38,874 bases of DNA from a virus. The position numbers and the translations under genes are program-made. The stretch lies in the IMG/VR virus record IMGVR_UViG_3300029381_000023, one strand, 5' to 3'. Of this stretch, positions 1-9,622 are shown in pieces (positions within the stretch are counted from its first letter, which is position 1; each line of letters starts with the position of its first letter). Below the pieces are notes generated by a model, which did no database searches, was not told the DNA's origin, and worked only from the letters and a program-made list of their open reading frames with translations.

Positions 1-117
1 TGCTTTCCATATAGCATATTTTGTCTATTTAAAGCCATTTGTGGTGCATTTTGAGTTTGCATAGGCATTTCCATCGGCTGAGGTCTATTCATTTGTTGTG
101 CACCATAATATTGGTTT
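1..117. repeat. Window-terminal direct repeat, copy 1 (identical to 38758-38874)
   Basis: Read directly. tgctttccatatagc...caccataatattggttt occurs at both window ends, offset 38757. This implies a circular or permuted replicon opened inside a gene. Confidence 0.95.
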
Positions 118-134
118 AAATATGGATTATACAT
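1..134 (-). CDS. N-terminal end of the wrap-around cassette gene P1 (body at 38451..38874); an upstream start at 134 adds MYNPYLNQYYGAQQ
   Basis: The reading frame stays open across the repeat. ATG at 132-134 is preceded by GAAAGGAAA about 9 nt upstream. ATG at 92 (=38849) has no SD. Full circular gene is 441 nt, 146 aa. Confidence 0.55.
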   Translation of the reverse strand, partial: MYNPYLNQYYGAQQMNRPQPMEMPMQTQNAPQMALNRQNMLYGK

Positions 135-234
135 AAATATCATTTCCTTTCAATGAAAAAGAGAAATAGCAAGCCATAATCTTTTTAAGAATTATTTTAA
201 ACTATCTCTCCTTTCATTAATTAAATTATACAGC

Positions 235-264
235 AAAAAAGAAAGCCATTTTTATTGACTTTCT
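235..264 (-). terminator. Intrinsic terminator closing the late/lysis operon
   Basis: Minus-strand RNA is AGAAAGUCA-AUAAAAA-UGGCUUUCU followed by UUUUU. The stem is 9 bp. Its single mismatch is C.A on the plus strand but G.U on the minus strand. Confidence 0.7.
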
Positions 265-273
265 ATGTGTATT

Positions 274-468
274 TTATAAAATTTTCTTAATTTTTTTCTT
301 TAATTTTTTAATCATAACATCAAGAGTAGGTTCACTAACATTAAGTTCCATCGCCATTTTTGGCCTTGTATAGCCTTTTATTTTCATTTCAAGAAGTTTA
401 CAATATTCTTCATTAAGCATACATTCATCACATATTTTTAGATATTCAGACTTTGATAATTCAAACAT
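274..468 (-). CDS. Small sigma-70 region-4-like / LuxR-type HTH protein (64 aa), candidate phage transcription regulator
   Basis: The pattern ...LLEMKIKGYTRPKMAMELNVSEPTLDVMIKKLKKKI resembles a region-4 HTH. GAAGGA SD present. It is the last gene before the terminator. Confidence 0.55.
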   Translation of the reverse strand: MFELSKSEYLKICDECMLNEEYCKLLEMKIKGYTRPKMAMELNVSEPTLDVMIKKLKKKIKKIL

Positions 469-471
469 AAT

Positions 472-552
472 CTATTTCCTTCTTTTCTTTTGTTTAGATT
501 TTCTGTATTTTCTTGTTGTTGTAGTTTTTCGATATATTCTAATTCTTCCCAT
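472..552 (-). CDS. Micro-ORF, 26 aa, extremely basic (MGRIRIYRKTTTTRKYRKSKQKKRRK)
   Basis: Hand-translated. Its ATG overlaps the stop of the upstream gene as TAATG. It fills the 469-551 gap. No other support. Confidence 0.25.
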   Translation of the reverse strand: MGRIRIYRKTTTTRKYRKSKQKKRRK

Positions 553-821
553 TAATTATTATGAATATGACTATTTTCAATATTATCAACGTCATCAATA
601 TCAATTAATTCTTCTGTAGTGGTAGTTTCAGTGCCAATATCGTTAAGAATATACACTAAATACCCAATTGTTGCAAACCACATTCCCAGAATAACTAAAA
701 TAACTATAAATTGCCTTTTATTTTGGATTTTATAATCCTTTAATAAAGACATTGCTAAACTTTCTTCTTGAATTTCTTTTACTTCTTTTCCCAATTCCAA
801 CACTTCCTCTTTCAAACCCAT
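552..821 (-). CDS. Single-pass membrane protein (89 aa), lysis-module accessory
   Basis: Central TM segment FIVILVILGMWFATIGYLVYIL and an acidic C-terminal tail. Lies downstream of the endolysin. Confidence 0.6.
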   Translation of the reverse strand: MGLKEEVLELGKEVKEIQEESLAMSLLKDYKIQNKRQFIVILVILGMWFATIGYLVYILNDIGTETTTTEELIDIDDVDNIENSHIHNN

Positions 822-823
822 TA

Positions 824-1084
824 TTATTCTCCTTTTTGATGATATTCTTTTATATGATGCTCCAAAGCAATTTCAATTCTTTCATCGATTTCTTTGTCAT
901 AATTATCTAACTTATTGTCGATTTTATCTAGTTTATCTAAAATTTGCTTAATTTGTGTGTCAATCATTCCCCATTTGTAACTATCATTTTGCGTGTCTTT
1001 ATTTGACTTGTCTTTTCTATTTAGTGCAAAACCACTAACAGAAATTACACAACTTATAATTGCAATTGCTAAAGTAATTTCCAT
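824..1084 (-). CDS. N-terminally anchored coiled-coil membrane protein (86 aa), lysis-module accessory
   Basis: TM segment ITLAIAIISCVISVSGFAL followed by heptad-like KQILDKLDKIDNKLDNYDKEIDERI. Its start overlaps the endolysin stop. Confidence 0.6.
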   Translation of the reverse strand: MEITLAIAIISCVISVSGFALNRKDKSNKDTQNDSYKWGMIDTQIKQILDKLDKIDNKLDNYDKEIDERIEIALEHHIKEYHQKGE

Positions 1085-1884
1085 TATTTTTTTTGTGCTT
1101 GTTTAGAGCCATCTTTGTTACATAATACTATATAAGTATTGAAATATCTTCCCCAAACTCGCCCTTCTGATTTTATTATTTCTTGTATAGGAATTTCAAC
1201 TCCTACTTTAAAATTTGCAATTGCATTTTTGTTTTTTGATGTTAATAATGTTTGCGTGTATTTGTCTAAATTTCCGACACGGCAACGATTACTAGATTCT
1301 AAAGTTGTCTTTCTTCTTAATGTTTTTGATACCAAAATTTTATAAGTGCCAGCAGTCCATTCTTCAACTACTTGACCGTTGTTAATTTTATTTGCTTGTT
1401 CAATGATATAATCCATTTTACTTAGTAAATATTCGCCTGGGCATGCTGTATTTGAATACATGCGATGCCAAGTGACATTTTTGCCTTTAATAAGTGTTCC
1501 TAAATTATTTCTTTTAGCAATGTCAGCGACCAATTTAATTAATGAGTTAAGTGCTTTGTCACTCACAGGCCAATTTCCACCAGTTGAACTATTAGAAGTT
1601 TCAATTGTTACAGAGCGACAATTTGCATTCCAATTTGAATTTGTCCACGCAATATCGTTTTCATTTACAAATTGTGCTATTCTACCATCATTTCCAATTC
1701 CATAATGGCTTGAACCTTTTCTGCCAACCCTTTGAAATACCCTTCCTAAAGTTTCAATAGAAGTAACAAAGGCTGTGTGATGAATACAAATTTCTGTTAT
1801 TTTTTTGCAATATTTTGAACGATTTTTTGTATAATTTCCTTTATACGCAGGAATATTTTTGTCCACTAATTTTGAATTGCTCAT
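1084..1884 (-). CDS. Endolysin: N-acetylmuramoyl-L-alanine amidase (Amidase_2/PGRP type) with a C-terminal wall-binding domain
   Basis: Motifs ICIHHTA, SSHYGIGNDGRIAQFV, WHRMYSNTACPG. The C-terminal ~90 aa look SH3-like. Confidence 0.9.
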   Translation of the reverse strand: MSNSKLVDKNIPAYKGNYTKNRSKYCKKITEICIHHTAFVTSIETLGRVFQRVGRKGSSHYGIGNDGRIAQFVNENDIAWTNSNWNANCRSVTIETSNSSTGGNWPVSDKALNSLIKLVADIAKRNNLGTLIKGKNVTWHRMYSNTACPGEYLLSKMDYIIEQANKINNGQVVEEWTAGTYKILVSKTLRRKTTLESSNRCRVGNLDKYTQTLLTSKNKNAIANFKVGVEIPIQEIIKSEGRVWGRYFNTYIVLCNKDGSKQAQKK

Positions 1885-1886
1885 AT

Positions 1887-2177
1887 TTATTCAACCCCTT
1901 TATTATCAGAAGTTTCTTCAATAAATTCTGAACTTTGTTTTAAATTTTTTAAATCAGCAACACCGCCAGCAGTCATTGTTGCCATAAGACATAGACATAA
2001 TGCTTGAAGCAAGTTGCTTTCAATTTTGGTAAAATAACAAATAAGTCCAGCAACAATACCAATTATAACATTTTGAAGTGGTATAAATCTATTTGGTACA
2101 TTGTCAACAAACACTTTTGTGATAGCACCAAATATATAAGTTATTATTGTTAAAATAACCATATATGTTATTTCCAT
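1887..2177 (-). CDS. Holin (96 aa, multi-TM)
   Basis: Hydrophobic segments MVILTIITYIFGAI, IIGIVAGLICYF and LCLCLMATMTAGG with a charged C-terminus. Immediately upstream of the endolysin. Confidence 0.7.
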   Translation of the reverse strand: MEITYMVILTIITYIFGAITKVFVDNVPNRFIPLQNVIIGIVAGLICYFTKIESNLLQALCLCLMATMTAGGVADLKNLKQSSEFIEETSDNKGVE

Positions 2178-2235
2178 AATATCATCTCCTTTTCATAATT
2201 TTAACATATTTTTATGTTTTTGTAAAATTTGCTTG

Positions 2236-3270
2236 TTATTTCCATTTTCCTATTGCATATAGTGTAATCGTAAGACCTACTGCATTAGATGTTGTTCCAC
2301 GTCCAATTCCAATATTTTTATAACTTGAAGTTGTTATAATGGGAACTTCCCATTCCACTTTAAAACATGCACCTTCTTTTAATTTTAAATCAATTAATAC
2401 TTTAGGAAGTTCTTTAAATGTTTGTGGAAAATTTATTGCAGTGGCGTAATTCCCCACGAATAAATTACCCCAAGCAGTATTACAGGCCATTTCAACTTTA
2501 ATCTCTTGATATGTTATCATAGTACCATCTTCGAATTTAACCCAATTTCCATTACTATTGCTTCCACTTTCAATAATGCCATTAATGTAATTACAACTAT
2601 ATGTATTTGTATCACTTGTTGTTTGTGCATTAACCACTTCTGCAACAACCCCAGCACTTTGAAATGCTTTTATGATAAAGTTATTAACTTCGTATGGTTG
2701 TAAGTTATTATGAGGTTGATCCCCACCTGTTTTTCCTTCGTTATCCAACTTTGTTCCATCTGACCCCAAATATAACCTAGCATAAACTCCAGTTTGATTT
2801 GTATATCTAAAAATTCCAGGATGATTATGACTAGGCATTTCGTTTATTGTTAATTGATGTGTTTTTTCTCCACCAGTTTTTCCAATTTCATTAAAATCAG
2901 TGTCACCACCGTCTAGTCCGACAGGAACTCTCCCTTTTAAGTTAGGAAGATTAAAAGTTGTACTTCCATCACCTTCGCCATATTTAGTTCCAATTACCGC
3001 AAATAAATCAGCATATGACGTTCTACTTACAGCACTACCATCGCATATTAACCAATTGGCTGGGGCTGTTTCTTTTCCATAAGCGGTAATACTACCAATT
3101 GGCAAAGTGTCTCCAGTTATACTGCCACCACTACTAATTATTTCTATTCTTTCTTCGCCATAGTCTATAAAAACATTGCCTTCGCCAGTAACAATAAAAT
3201 TCCCATCAACTATCGGTTCATCATTTACTTCTGCTTTAGTATGTTTTCTTATAAAATTAACTTTTGCCAT
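2236..3270 (-). CDS. Tail fibre / receptor-binding protein with a phage tail-collar domain
   Basis: PIGSITAYGKETAPANWLICDGSAVSRTSYADLFAVIGTKYGEGDGSTTFNLPNLKGRVPVG is the tail-collar signature. Start moved to ATG 3270 (GGGAGGA SD 8 nt upstream), just after the upstream stop at 3272. Confidence 0.85.
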   Translation of the reverse strand: MAKVNFIRKHTKAEVNDEPIVDGNFIVTGEGNVFIDYGEERIEIISSGGSITGDTLPIGSITAYGKETAPANWLICDGSAVSRTSYADLFAVIGTKYGEGDGSTTFNLPNLKGRVPVGLDGGDTDFNEIGKTGGEKTHQLTINEMPSHNHPGIFRYTNQTGVYARLYLGSDGTKLDNEGKTGGDQPHNNLQPYEVNNFIIKAFQSAGVVAEVVNAQTTSDTNTYSCNYINGIIESGSNSNGNWVKFEDGTMITYQEIKVEMACNTAWGNLFVGNYATAINFPQTFKELPKVLIDLKLKEGACFKVEWEVPIITTSSYKNIGIGRGTTSNAVGLTITLYAIGKWK

Positions 3271-3271
3271 A

Positions 3272-4045
3272 TTATCTATCCTCCCATTCAAATTGGCTTT
3301 CTTCATTCCAATTTATATAGCTAATCAAATTCCATATATTAATTATATCATCAAATGCTTTTTCTAACAAATCTATGTTTTTATTCCATCTAACAAAGTC
3401 ATCTTCTGAAATTGTTTTTTGGGATAAGCCATTTGTTTCTGCAAAATTATAATTACTTATATTTCCCTTTAAAATCCACGGCTTATAATCAAAACCAATT
3501 GGTGCATAAAATATTTCAGCTACATCATTTATTCCCTCTTCAATATTATCAATATATTGCATGTAAGGAAATTCGTTATCAACCCAAGTTTTTTTTGTAT
3601 AAGCCAATAGTTTATATCTATTATCTTTTATTTTAATAGATTTAAAAGCATCTTCATCACTTTTTATTGATGTTACTTTCGAGTTGCCGTTTGTATTAAA
3701 ACCATTTCTATTTATAATAACATCACTAATAACGCCTAAAACACTTATTTTATTGTCTCCATCTTCTAAATAAATATAATATCTTGTTGGCTTACTTAAA
3801 GTTTTTGAATAATAATACATTTTATATTTATCATCTGTTTCTATTATATTAGTATTTTCATCTTCATTTTCAAAATAAATAAAATTATCAAAATCAAAAT
3901 ACAATTTTTGGTTTCCAAAATAATCCCCAACTTGAAAATTCCTTAAAGTTGTTTCAGTTGTATTAAATTTTTCTCTAAATTTTTTGTGCAACGCCTCAAT
4001 TTTATCTTCAATTTGTTGTAACATTTCTTTTGTTAAATATATCAT
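3272..4045 (-). CDS. Hypothetical baseplate/tail-tip protein (257 aa)
   Basis: Position between the Tal-like protein and the fibre; overlaps the upstream gene. No recognisable motif. Confidence 0.5.
   Translation of the reverse strand: MIYLTKEMLQQIEDKIEALHKKFREKFNTTETTLRNFQVGDYFGNQKLYFDFDNFIYFENEDENTNIIETDDKYKMYYYSKTLSKPTRYYIYLEDGDNKISVLGVISDVIINRNGFNTNGNSKVTSIKSDEDAFKSIKIKDNRYKLLAYTKKTWVDNEFPYMQYIDNIEEGINDVAEIFYAPIGFDYKPWILKGNISNYNFAETNGLSQKTISEDDFVRWNKNIDLLEKAFDDIINIWNLISYINWNEESQFEWEDR
3342..3370 (-). promoter_or_regulatory. Sigma-A-like promoter TTGTTA-N17-TATAAT (the last 3 nt of the spacer, TGA, give TGATATAAT) upstream of the tail-fibre gene
   Basis: -10 at 3342-3347 with the TGA extension. 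-35 at 3365-3370. Lies inside the 3' end of the preceding gene. Confidence 0.35.
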
Positions 4046-5889
4046 AATTCAACTCCTTCAAAATAACTAGATAATCCACCATCAAAAGTATTTGTTATTT
4101 TCGTTATAACGACTATCTTATTTCCAAACTTTGTTTCCAAAGTTACAACAGTTCTGGGATCTATTAATGGGTTACCATTAAAATTTCCCGAAAATTTATA
4201 CTCTTTGTCGTACATTAATATGTCTCGTGCAAAATTTCTCAAATTTACATCACTAGTTTTTTGGAAATCTGTAAAGTCATAAGTTATCTCTTGACCATTT
4301 TCATCTGCATTTTCATTAATATAAGAAATAGTATTTTTATTATAGGCTACCATTTCACCAGATGTTGTTAAATTTAATGTAAATTTTTCTCCAACTGAAC
4401 CATTAAATTTTATATAGCACATTTTTGTATTGCTGTCAATCAATTCGGCAATACCACCATTGCTAGAAGTGTATGTAAACGTAGGGGTCTGGCTAATATT
4501 TTCGCTTTGGAATTTGTCATAATTAAACCAAACATATTCTTCACTATTATTTAAAATATATTTTTTTTCATCTAATAATTTAATTTGTTCACTTGTATTT
4601 TTATATTGTTCAGTAACAAAATTTATTTTTGAAATTTTTTGCCTTAATTCAACTTTAGGTTCTTCTAACATATCATTCAAAGTAATTTTCATATAACGTT
4701 CAATTGGTTGCTTAAATGCATCACCTTCCGAAAAAACATTATTTCTATTAACGAACAAAATGTGTTCACTTCCCAGTATTCCACCTTCATTATCAAAAAT
4801 ACCAGTAGAACCGGCAATTATATTATTCATTAAATTGGCACTTTTAGTATACCAAAATTTAATTGCGGTTACTAATGAAAAATTAAATTTATAAAATGCT
4901 CTAAAAGCAGTATTAAGTTCTGAGGCACTTTTAAAACTATTACTTAGAATTTTACTTGTGCTCCCGCTTTTCAATTCCAGTTTATTTAATATTGCAACCA
5001 TTGATTTACCATTTAAAGTTACATTGCCGTCTACATTCGCATTCCAATTATCTAAATAATAATACCCAAGACTTTTATATTCAGCTCCAGCATTTTCAAC
5101 AAGCACTCCACAAAAAGGTTTTATAATGCAATTTTGTGTAAGATACTTAACTAGTCCTTGAGGATTTAATGGGTCAAAATCACGATTATAATTATTAAGA
5201 TTAATTGTACAATCATTTATCGGAACAGATTGTTTTAAAATATCTATTTCTTCATTTGTAGTAAATGATATTAATTCATCATTTTCATATATATTCGAAA
5301 TACCAAAATCAATTTCAGATATCCTTATTCTTCTGTTTGGATATTCCATAGAAGAAATAGTTAGCTCCATTTTCTTAATAGTGATATCATTTTCGAAAAA
5401 TTGATGAAAAACTTTTTGCCTATTATCTTTTATATTGAATATAGTTTCTTTATCGTTTTTATCAACTATTTTTAATATAAAATCATACGCTATATTATTA
5501 AAAAAATAAATAGTTATTCCAGACGCTTTAACCGGTATTCTATTTTCTTCTGCGACGAGTGGATTGTCGACATCTAAAGTTATTTTTGTGTCTGTTATGT
5601 TTTCGAACAATTTACTACTTATATATCCAGCATTATCTCCGATAACTTTTTTATTGGGAAGAAGAAAACTACCGTCTAGTTCCGTGTAATTTTCTTCTAA
5701 ACTTGCATAGTTTTTATTTTTTCTATAACCATCATTTATTTCATAATAACCACTAAATTCGGCTTGCGTTGGAAAACTAGGGGCATAACTACTATTATCA
5801 GTATCATTATATATAATTTCAACATACCCTTTAATTTCTCTTTCCGTGTTAGTTATAGCTTTGTTAAATTCTTCATTACTTACAGCCAT
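4042..5889 (-). CDS. Tail-associated (Tal-like) minor structural / baseplate protein (615 aa)
   Basis: Size and position two genes after the tape measure. Beta-rich sequence. Confidence 0.6.
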   Translation of the reverse strand: MAVSNEEFNKAITNTEREIKGYVEIIYNDTDNSSYAPSFPTQAEFSGYYEINDGYRKNKNYASLEENYTELDGSFLLPNKKVIGDNAGYISSKLFENITDTKITLDVDNPLVAEENRIPVKASGITIYFFNNIAYDFILKIVDKNDKETIFNIKDNRQKVFHQFFENDITIKKMELTISSMEYPNRRIRISEIDFGISNIYENDELISFTTNEEIDILKQSVPINDCTINLNNYNRDFDPLNPQGLVKYLTQNCIIKPFCGVLVENAGAEYKSLGYYYLDNWNANVDGNVTLNGKSMVAILNKLELKSGSTSKILSNSFKSASELNTAFRAFYKFNFSLVTAIKFWYTKSANLMNNIIAGSTGIFDNEGGILGSEHILFVNRNNVFSEGDAFKQPIERYMKITLNDMLEEPKVELRQKISKINFVTEQYKNTSEQIKLLDEKKYILNNSEEYVWFNYDKFQSENISQTPTFTYTSSNGGIAELIDSNTKMCYIKFNGSVGEKFTLNLTTSGEMVAYNKNTISYINENADENGQEITYDFTDFQKTSDVNLRNFARDILMYDKEYKFSGNFNGNPLIDPRTVVTLETKFGNKIVVITKITNTFDGGLSSYFEGVEL

Positions 5890-5897
5890 ATTTCCTC

Positions 5898-6287
5898 CTA
5901 ATATTCAATAAAGTTCATTTGTACATCTGTTCTAACTGATAGCAAATAAGTTTTTTTGTCAGCATACCTGGTTTTACCATCGAGTGGTCCAGCGTACATT
6001 TTTTTAGTAACTCTATTTCCATAATTATCAGTATACTTTAAATAAACATAATTTTGATTATATATTTTTTGCAAAAGTGCCATTTCAGTGGCATTTAATC
6101 TTGCCCATCCGACAACAACTTTTGCCAAGTTTCTTCTTATTATATCCCTATGAAAACCACCATTTGCGTCTCTATAAGATTTTTCAAGATGAGTATATGT
6201 TGGGCTAAAATTATCTCTATTTGGTGTTGGCACCGCAAACCAATTTTTATTATCATAACTTGCTTCTAAAAATGCCATAAAAATCAA
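5898..6287 (-). CDS. Distal-tail-type protein (129 aa)
   Basis: Directly follows and overlaps the tape measure gene. Assigned by position only. Confidence 0.45.
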   Translation of the reverse strand: MIFMAFLEASYDNKNWFAVPTPNRDNFSPTYTHLEKSYRDANGGFHRDIIRRNLAKVVVGWARLNATEMALLQKIYNQNYVYLKYTDNYGNRVTKKMYAGPLDGKTRYADKKTYLLSVRTDVQMNFIEY

Positions 6288-8575
6288 CTCCTTACAATTT
6301 GTGTATTATCGTTTTGACGTTTTTGTTCGTTTCGATAATCTTGATATGTAGCTTGTGCAAACGATTTACCATTAACATTTAAAATAATAGGCCTATCAGC
6401 CAATTCCGCTATATTTCTATTTAATTCTAACAACAATTGTGTATTAGTACCGTCACCTAATTTTCCTGCCAATTGATTAGCAAAATCATCTATAAATTGG
6501 CTATTTTGTAATGGGAATATTACTTCGGCGCCTTTCTCACCTGCGACATTGCCACCACCAATATTTACACCTGGGCCTGGATTATAGACAACACCTTGCA
6601 AAGGAATGGTTGGTATTATACCACCGTCAGCAAAACCACGGCCACCGCCGCCGCCTCCACCAAAGCCACCACCAGATAAGAAATTACCAAACACTTTGGG
6701 TGCAAATTTCCATATTTTTTTCCAATAACCTAAAGTAAAAATGTTACCAATACTTTCTCCTATGCGAGTAAACGCATTATTATAATCTTTTTCCATTTTT
6801 GAAGTATCAGCCTCTGCTTTAACTTTATAAGTAGCTGTTTTATCTTCTAATTTGGTGTCATTAATTTTTTTGATAGTTTCAGAAATTTCTTCTGTTTTAC
6901 CTTTTTCAGTATCTCTTAATTGAATAATATTATAAAGTTGTTCTTCATTAATTCCTAACTCTTTACTTACCTTTTTAATTTGTTCAGCATAATTTTTAGT
7001 GCTACTTTCAATTTTATCAGTATTGATGCCTTGTTCTTCTAATATAGGTATCATTTTTCTAGCAGTGTTGTATTGATCCACCAAACCTTGTAGTACTTTT
7101 TGTTTTTGTTCCTTACTTAATTTTTCTGTTTCATATTGTTCTTTTATTTTTTCCAATATTTTATCTTGAGACAAAAGATTAAGTTGTACATCTTTAAGAT
7201 ATCGTTTGCTTAGTCCTGTTCTTTTATTTATCCATTTTTGACTTTTTTCATAAGTTTCGTTAATTGTTTTTCTTCTTCCAACTTGGTCTTTTAGTAAATC
7301 ATCAATTGATTTTTCACCACTATATATTTTGTTATAAATTTCATCAGAATTTTTTATTAATCCGTCTTGTTGAGCATTCAATTCATTCAATTCACTTTTT
7401 ATTTTGCCTATTGTTGTAATAATAGTAGTAACTCCAGCCAAAGTTAAACCAATTGTTATTGCTCTTGGAATGCCTCCCAATCCTTTAGCTCCAGTTAATA
7501 AACCAATATTCGATAATATACCACTTATTTTGCTAATACCAAACACAGTTCCGAACATAATACCCAAAGCTTTTAACCAGGTCCAATTTTCTTTTATTGC
7601 TAAGGCTAAGTTTTGTAATTTTTTCACAATTCTATCATCAAGTTCAGGAATTTCAATTAAACCACTTGTTTTATCTCCGCCAGCACTTTCTTGTAAATTA
7701 GTAACTTCGTCAATACCAGTCGCTAATTGTTTTTGTGCGTCTGCTTGCTTTTTTAAAGACTTTGCATTTGCTCTAGCTATATAATCGACCCCAGTTAATG
7801 CTTTTATAAATACATTAAGATATCCCAAGGCTTTTAACAAAGCATTGCTTATTCCTTCTAGTGCTGGTGCTAAAAAAGTACCTAAACCAACCCAAACACT
7901 TTGTAATTTTTGTGCCAATTCAGTATCTTGTGAAAGATAAGCTGAACTTGCTTTACTAACTAAAGCGTACACTGTCTGAATGCCAAATAATGATAATCCG
8001 ACTTTTTTTATTTTGTTAATTAATTTATCAAAGCTTTTATTAGTTTTTTCAACTTGTGGTTCAATGTCAGTGATGCCTTTAACATAAAGTTTTGACCCAG
8101 TTATTTTTTCGTACTCTTTGGCAATATCTTTTATTTTGTTTTTTAACTTTTCTGAATATTCTACATCTTTTTCATCAAATATTTTAGCTTCGCTTATAGT
8201 TTTTTGCATTTCTTCATATTCAGAAAAAGTCTTATATAATTCGTTAGACAATTTTTTTATTTGTTCTTCTTCTTTGCTAATTTCCGTGTTTGTTTCTTGT
8301 TGTTTTTCTACAACTTGTTGTTGTTGTTTTATAGCTTCTTGTTTTTGCCGATTAATATTTTCTTGTTCTTCTCTTAATTCTTTAATTTTTTCAACAGTCT
8401 TATTATATGTTTCTAAGTCTGTTTCTGCTGGATTATCCATAGTAGCAATTTTATTTGCTTTTTTGTCTAATTCATCTATTTTTTTACTTATTTCATCATA
8501 ATCTTTATCAAATTGTTTCGTATCTATTTGAGTTCCAATAACAACTTTTCCATTATAATTATTCATCGCTTTCAC
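6284..8575 (-). CDS. Tape measure protein (763 aa)
   Basis: Long coiled-coil N- and C-terminal regions, central hydrophobic/Gly-rich segments, GGGFGGGGGGGRGFADGG tract. Canonical position after the chaperones. Confidence 0.85.
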   Translation of the reverse strand: MKAMNNYNGKVVIGTQIDTKQFDKDYDEISKKIDELDKKANKIATMDNPAETDLETYNKTVEKIKELREEQENINRQKQEAIKQQQQVVEKQQETNTEISKEEEQIKKLSNELYKTFSEYEEMQKTISEAKIFDEKDVEYSEKLKNKIKDIAKEYEKITGSKLYVKGITDIEPQVEKTNKSFDKLINKIKKVGLSLFGIQTVYALVSKASSAYLSQDTELAQKLQSVWVGLGTFLAPALEGISNALLKALGYLNVFIKALTGVDYIARANAKSLKKQADAQKQLATGIDEVTNLQESAGGDKTSGLIEIPELDDRIVKKLQNLALAIKENWTWLKALGIMFGTVFGISKISGILSNIGLLTGAKGLGGIPRAITIGLTLAGVTTIITTIGKIKSELNELNAQQDGLIKNSDEIYNKIYSGEKSIDDLLKDQVGRRKTINETYEKSQKWINKRTGLSKRYLKDVQLNLLSQDKILEKIKEQYETEKLSKEQKQKVLQGLVDQYNTARKMIPILEEQGINTDKIESSTKNYAEQIKKVSKELGINEEQLYNIIQLRDTEKGKTEEISETIKKINDTKLEDKTATYKVKAEADTSKMEKDYNNAFTRIGESIGNIFTLGYWKKIWKFAPKVFGNFLSGGGFGGGGGGGRGFADGGIIPTIPLQGVVYNPGPGVNIGGGNVAGEKGAEVIFPLQNSQFIDDFANQLAGKLGDGTNTQLLLELNRNIAELADRPIILNVNGKSFAQATYQDYRNEQKRQNDNTQIVRS

Positions 8576-9119
8576 CTCCTATTATTTTATCCCAAAATTT
8601 ATCAATCTCTTCTTGTTCTGGTGTTTTCTTTTCTTTTATTTTTATGGCTAATCTTTTTTGTGCATTGATTAAATCTTGTCTATCTTTTTCGTTGCTTATT
8701 TCGTCTGGGTTTGCTCGCCTTATATTTCTAACTCTATTTAAGACATCATCTTCTTTAAGCCCTTCAATTAAGTCGTTAAATTCCCACCAGCAAATGTTTT
8801 CTTTATTTATATCCATTTGATAGCAAGACCTAAAACTCGCCATAATACGGCCTTTATCTTGTTCATAGTCCATGTCGATATCTTCTTCACTAGTGTTTTC
8901 TTCACGACCACATCGCAAGTAATTAATACATTTTGGAATAGCTAATCCTATAAGTTCAAAAGGAAAATCTTCACCAAGCAGCAAAGTAACAATTGCCAAA
9001 CTTCTTTTAGTATCATTGATTTCATCATCATTGATAGCTCTAAAACATGCCAATGCAACTCTATAATCAGTATTTATTTTATAGTCTTTACCATCGATTT
9101 CCATATATTCTGGGTACAT
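8559..9119 (-). CDS. Phage Gp15-family protein (second tail assembly chaperone-type gene)
   Basis: YKINTDYRVALACFRAINDDEINDTKRSLAIVTLLLGEDFP resembles the Gp15 family of Gram-positive siphoviruses. TAATG junction with the upstream gene. Confidence 0.65.
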   Translation of the reverse strand: MYPEYMEIDGKDYKINTDYRVALACFRAINDDEINDTKRSLAIVTLLLGEDFPFELIGLAIPKCINYLRCGREENTSEEDIDMDYEQDKGRIMASFRSCYQMDINKENICWWEFNDLIEGLKEDDVLNRVRNIRRANPDEISNEKDRQDLINAQKRLAIKIKEKKTPEQEEIDKFWDKIIGGESDE

Positions 9120-9556
9120 TAAATTTTATTCTCCAACATAGGTTTATATTTTTCTATAAGATCCTTTTTAATTTGTTCAACGTTAATAATAATTTTATCA
9201 AGGTGTGGTTCTAATTGTACGAAAAAATCATCAAACATGCCAATTCTATTTGTATTGCCAAATATTTTTTGGCAAGAATTTTCCCCTAGAAAACTATCTA
9301 AAACATCACGCATAGTTTGGCAAAACTCTTTATCAATTTCATATTGTTTTAACATATCTTCAGCTGGGTTTAAATTTTCGTTTTTCAATTTTTCAATTTT
9401 TTCTTTATAAATTTTTTTTTGTTTCTTTAATTCTTCGCTCGCATTAATTAATTTAATAGGCAATTCAATATCTAACAAATCAAATTCAATACATCCCCCT
9501 TTATCATTAACTTCGATTTTATAAACATTGTCCTTTTCAACTCTTAATTTTTCCAT
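9119..9556 (-). CDS. Tail assembly chaperone-type protein (145 aa)
   Basis: Acidic helical protein between the major tail and Gp15-like genes. Confidence 0.55.
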   Translation of the reverse strand: MEKLRVEKDNVYKIEVNDKGGCIEFDLLDIELPIKLINASEELKKQKKIYKEKIEKLKNENLNPAEDMLKQYEIDKEFCQTMRDVLDSFLGENSCQKIFGNTNRIGMFDDFFVQLEPHLDKIIINVEQIKKDLIEKYKPMLENKI

Positions 9557-9570
9557 AATTTTCCTCCTTA

Positions 9571-9599
9571 AAATATAAAAATGAGAGGGTTTTACCCTC
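9571..9599 (-). terminator. Weak hairpin plus U-rich tract after the major tail gene
   Basis: gagggt-ttt-accctc (9585-9599) with an A/T tract on the minus-strand 3' side. Short stem and tight loop. Confidence 0.3.
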
Positions 9600-9622
9600 C
9601 CACCCTTAAAGGCTTTAATTTA

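Noticed and set aside
9100-9140. Programmed -1 frameshift between the two tail-chaperone genes (G/GT paradigm)
   Set aside because: The downstream gene has its own ATG overlapping the stop (TAATG). The sequence AATAAAATTTAA contains no X_XXY_YYZ heptamer in the zero frame.
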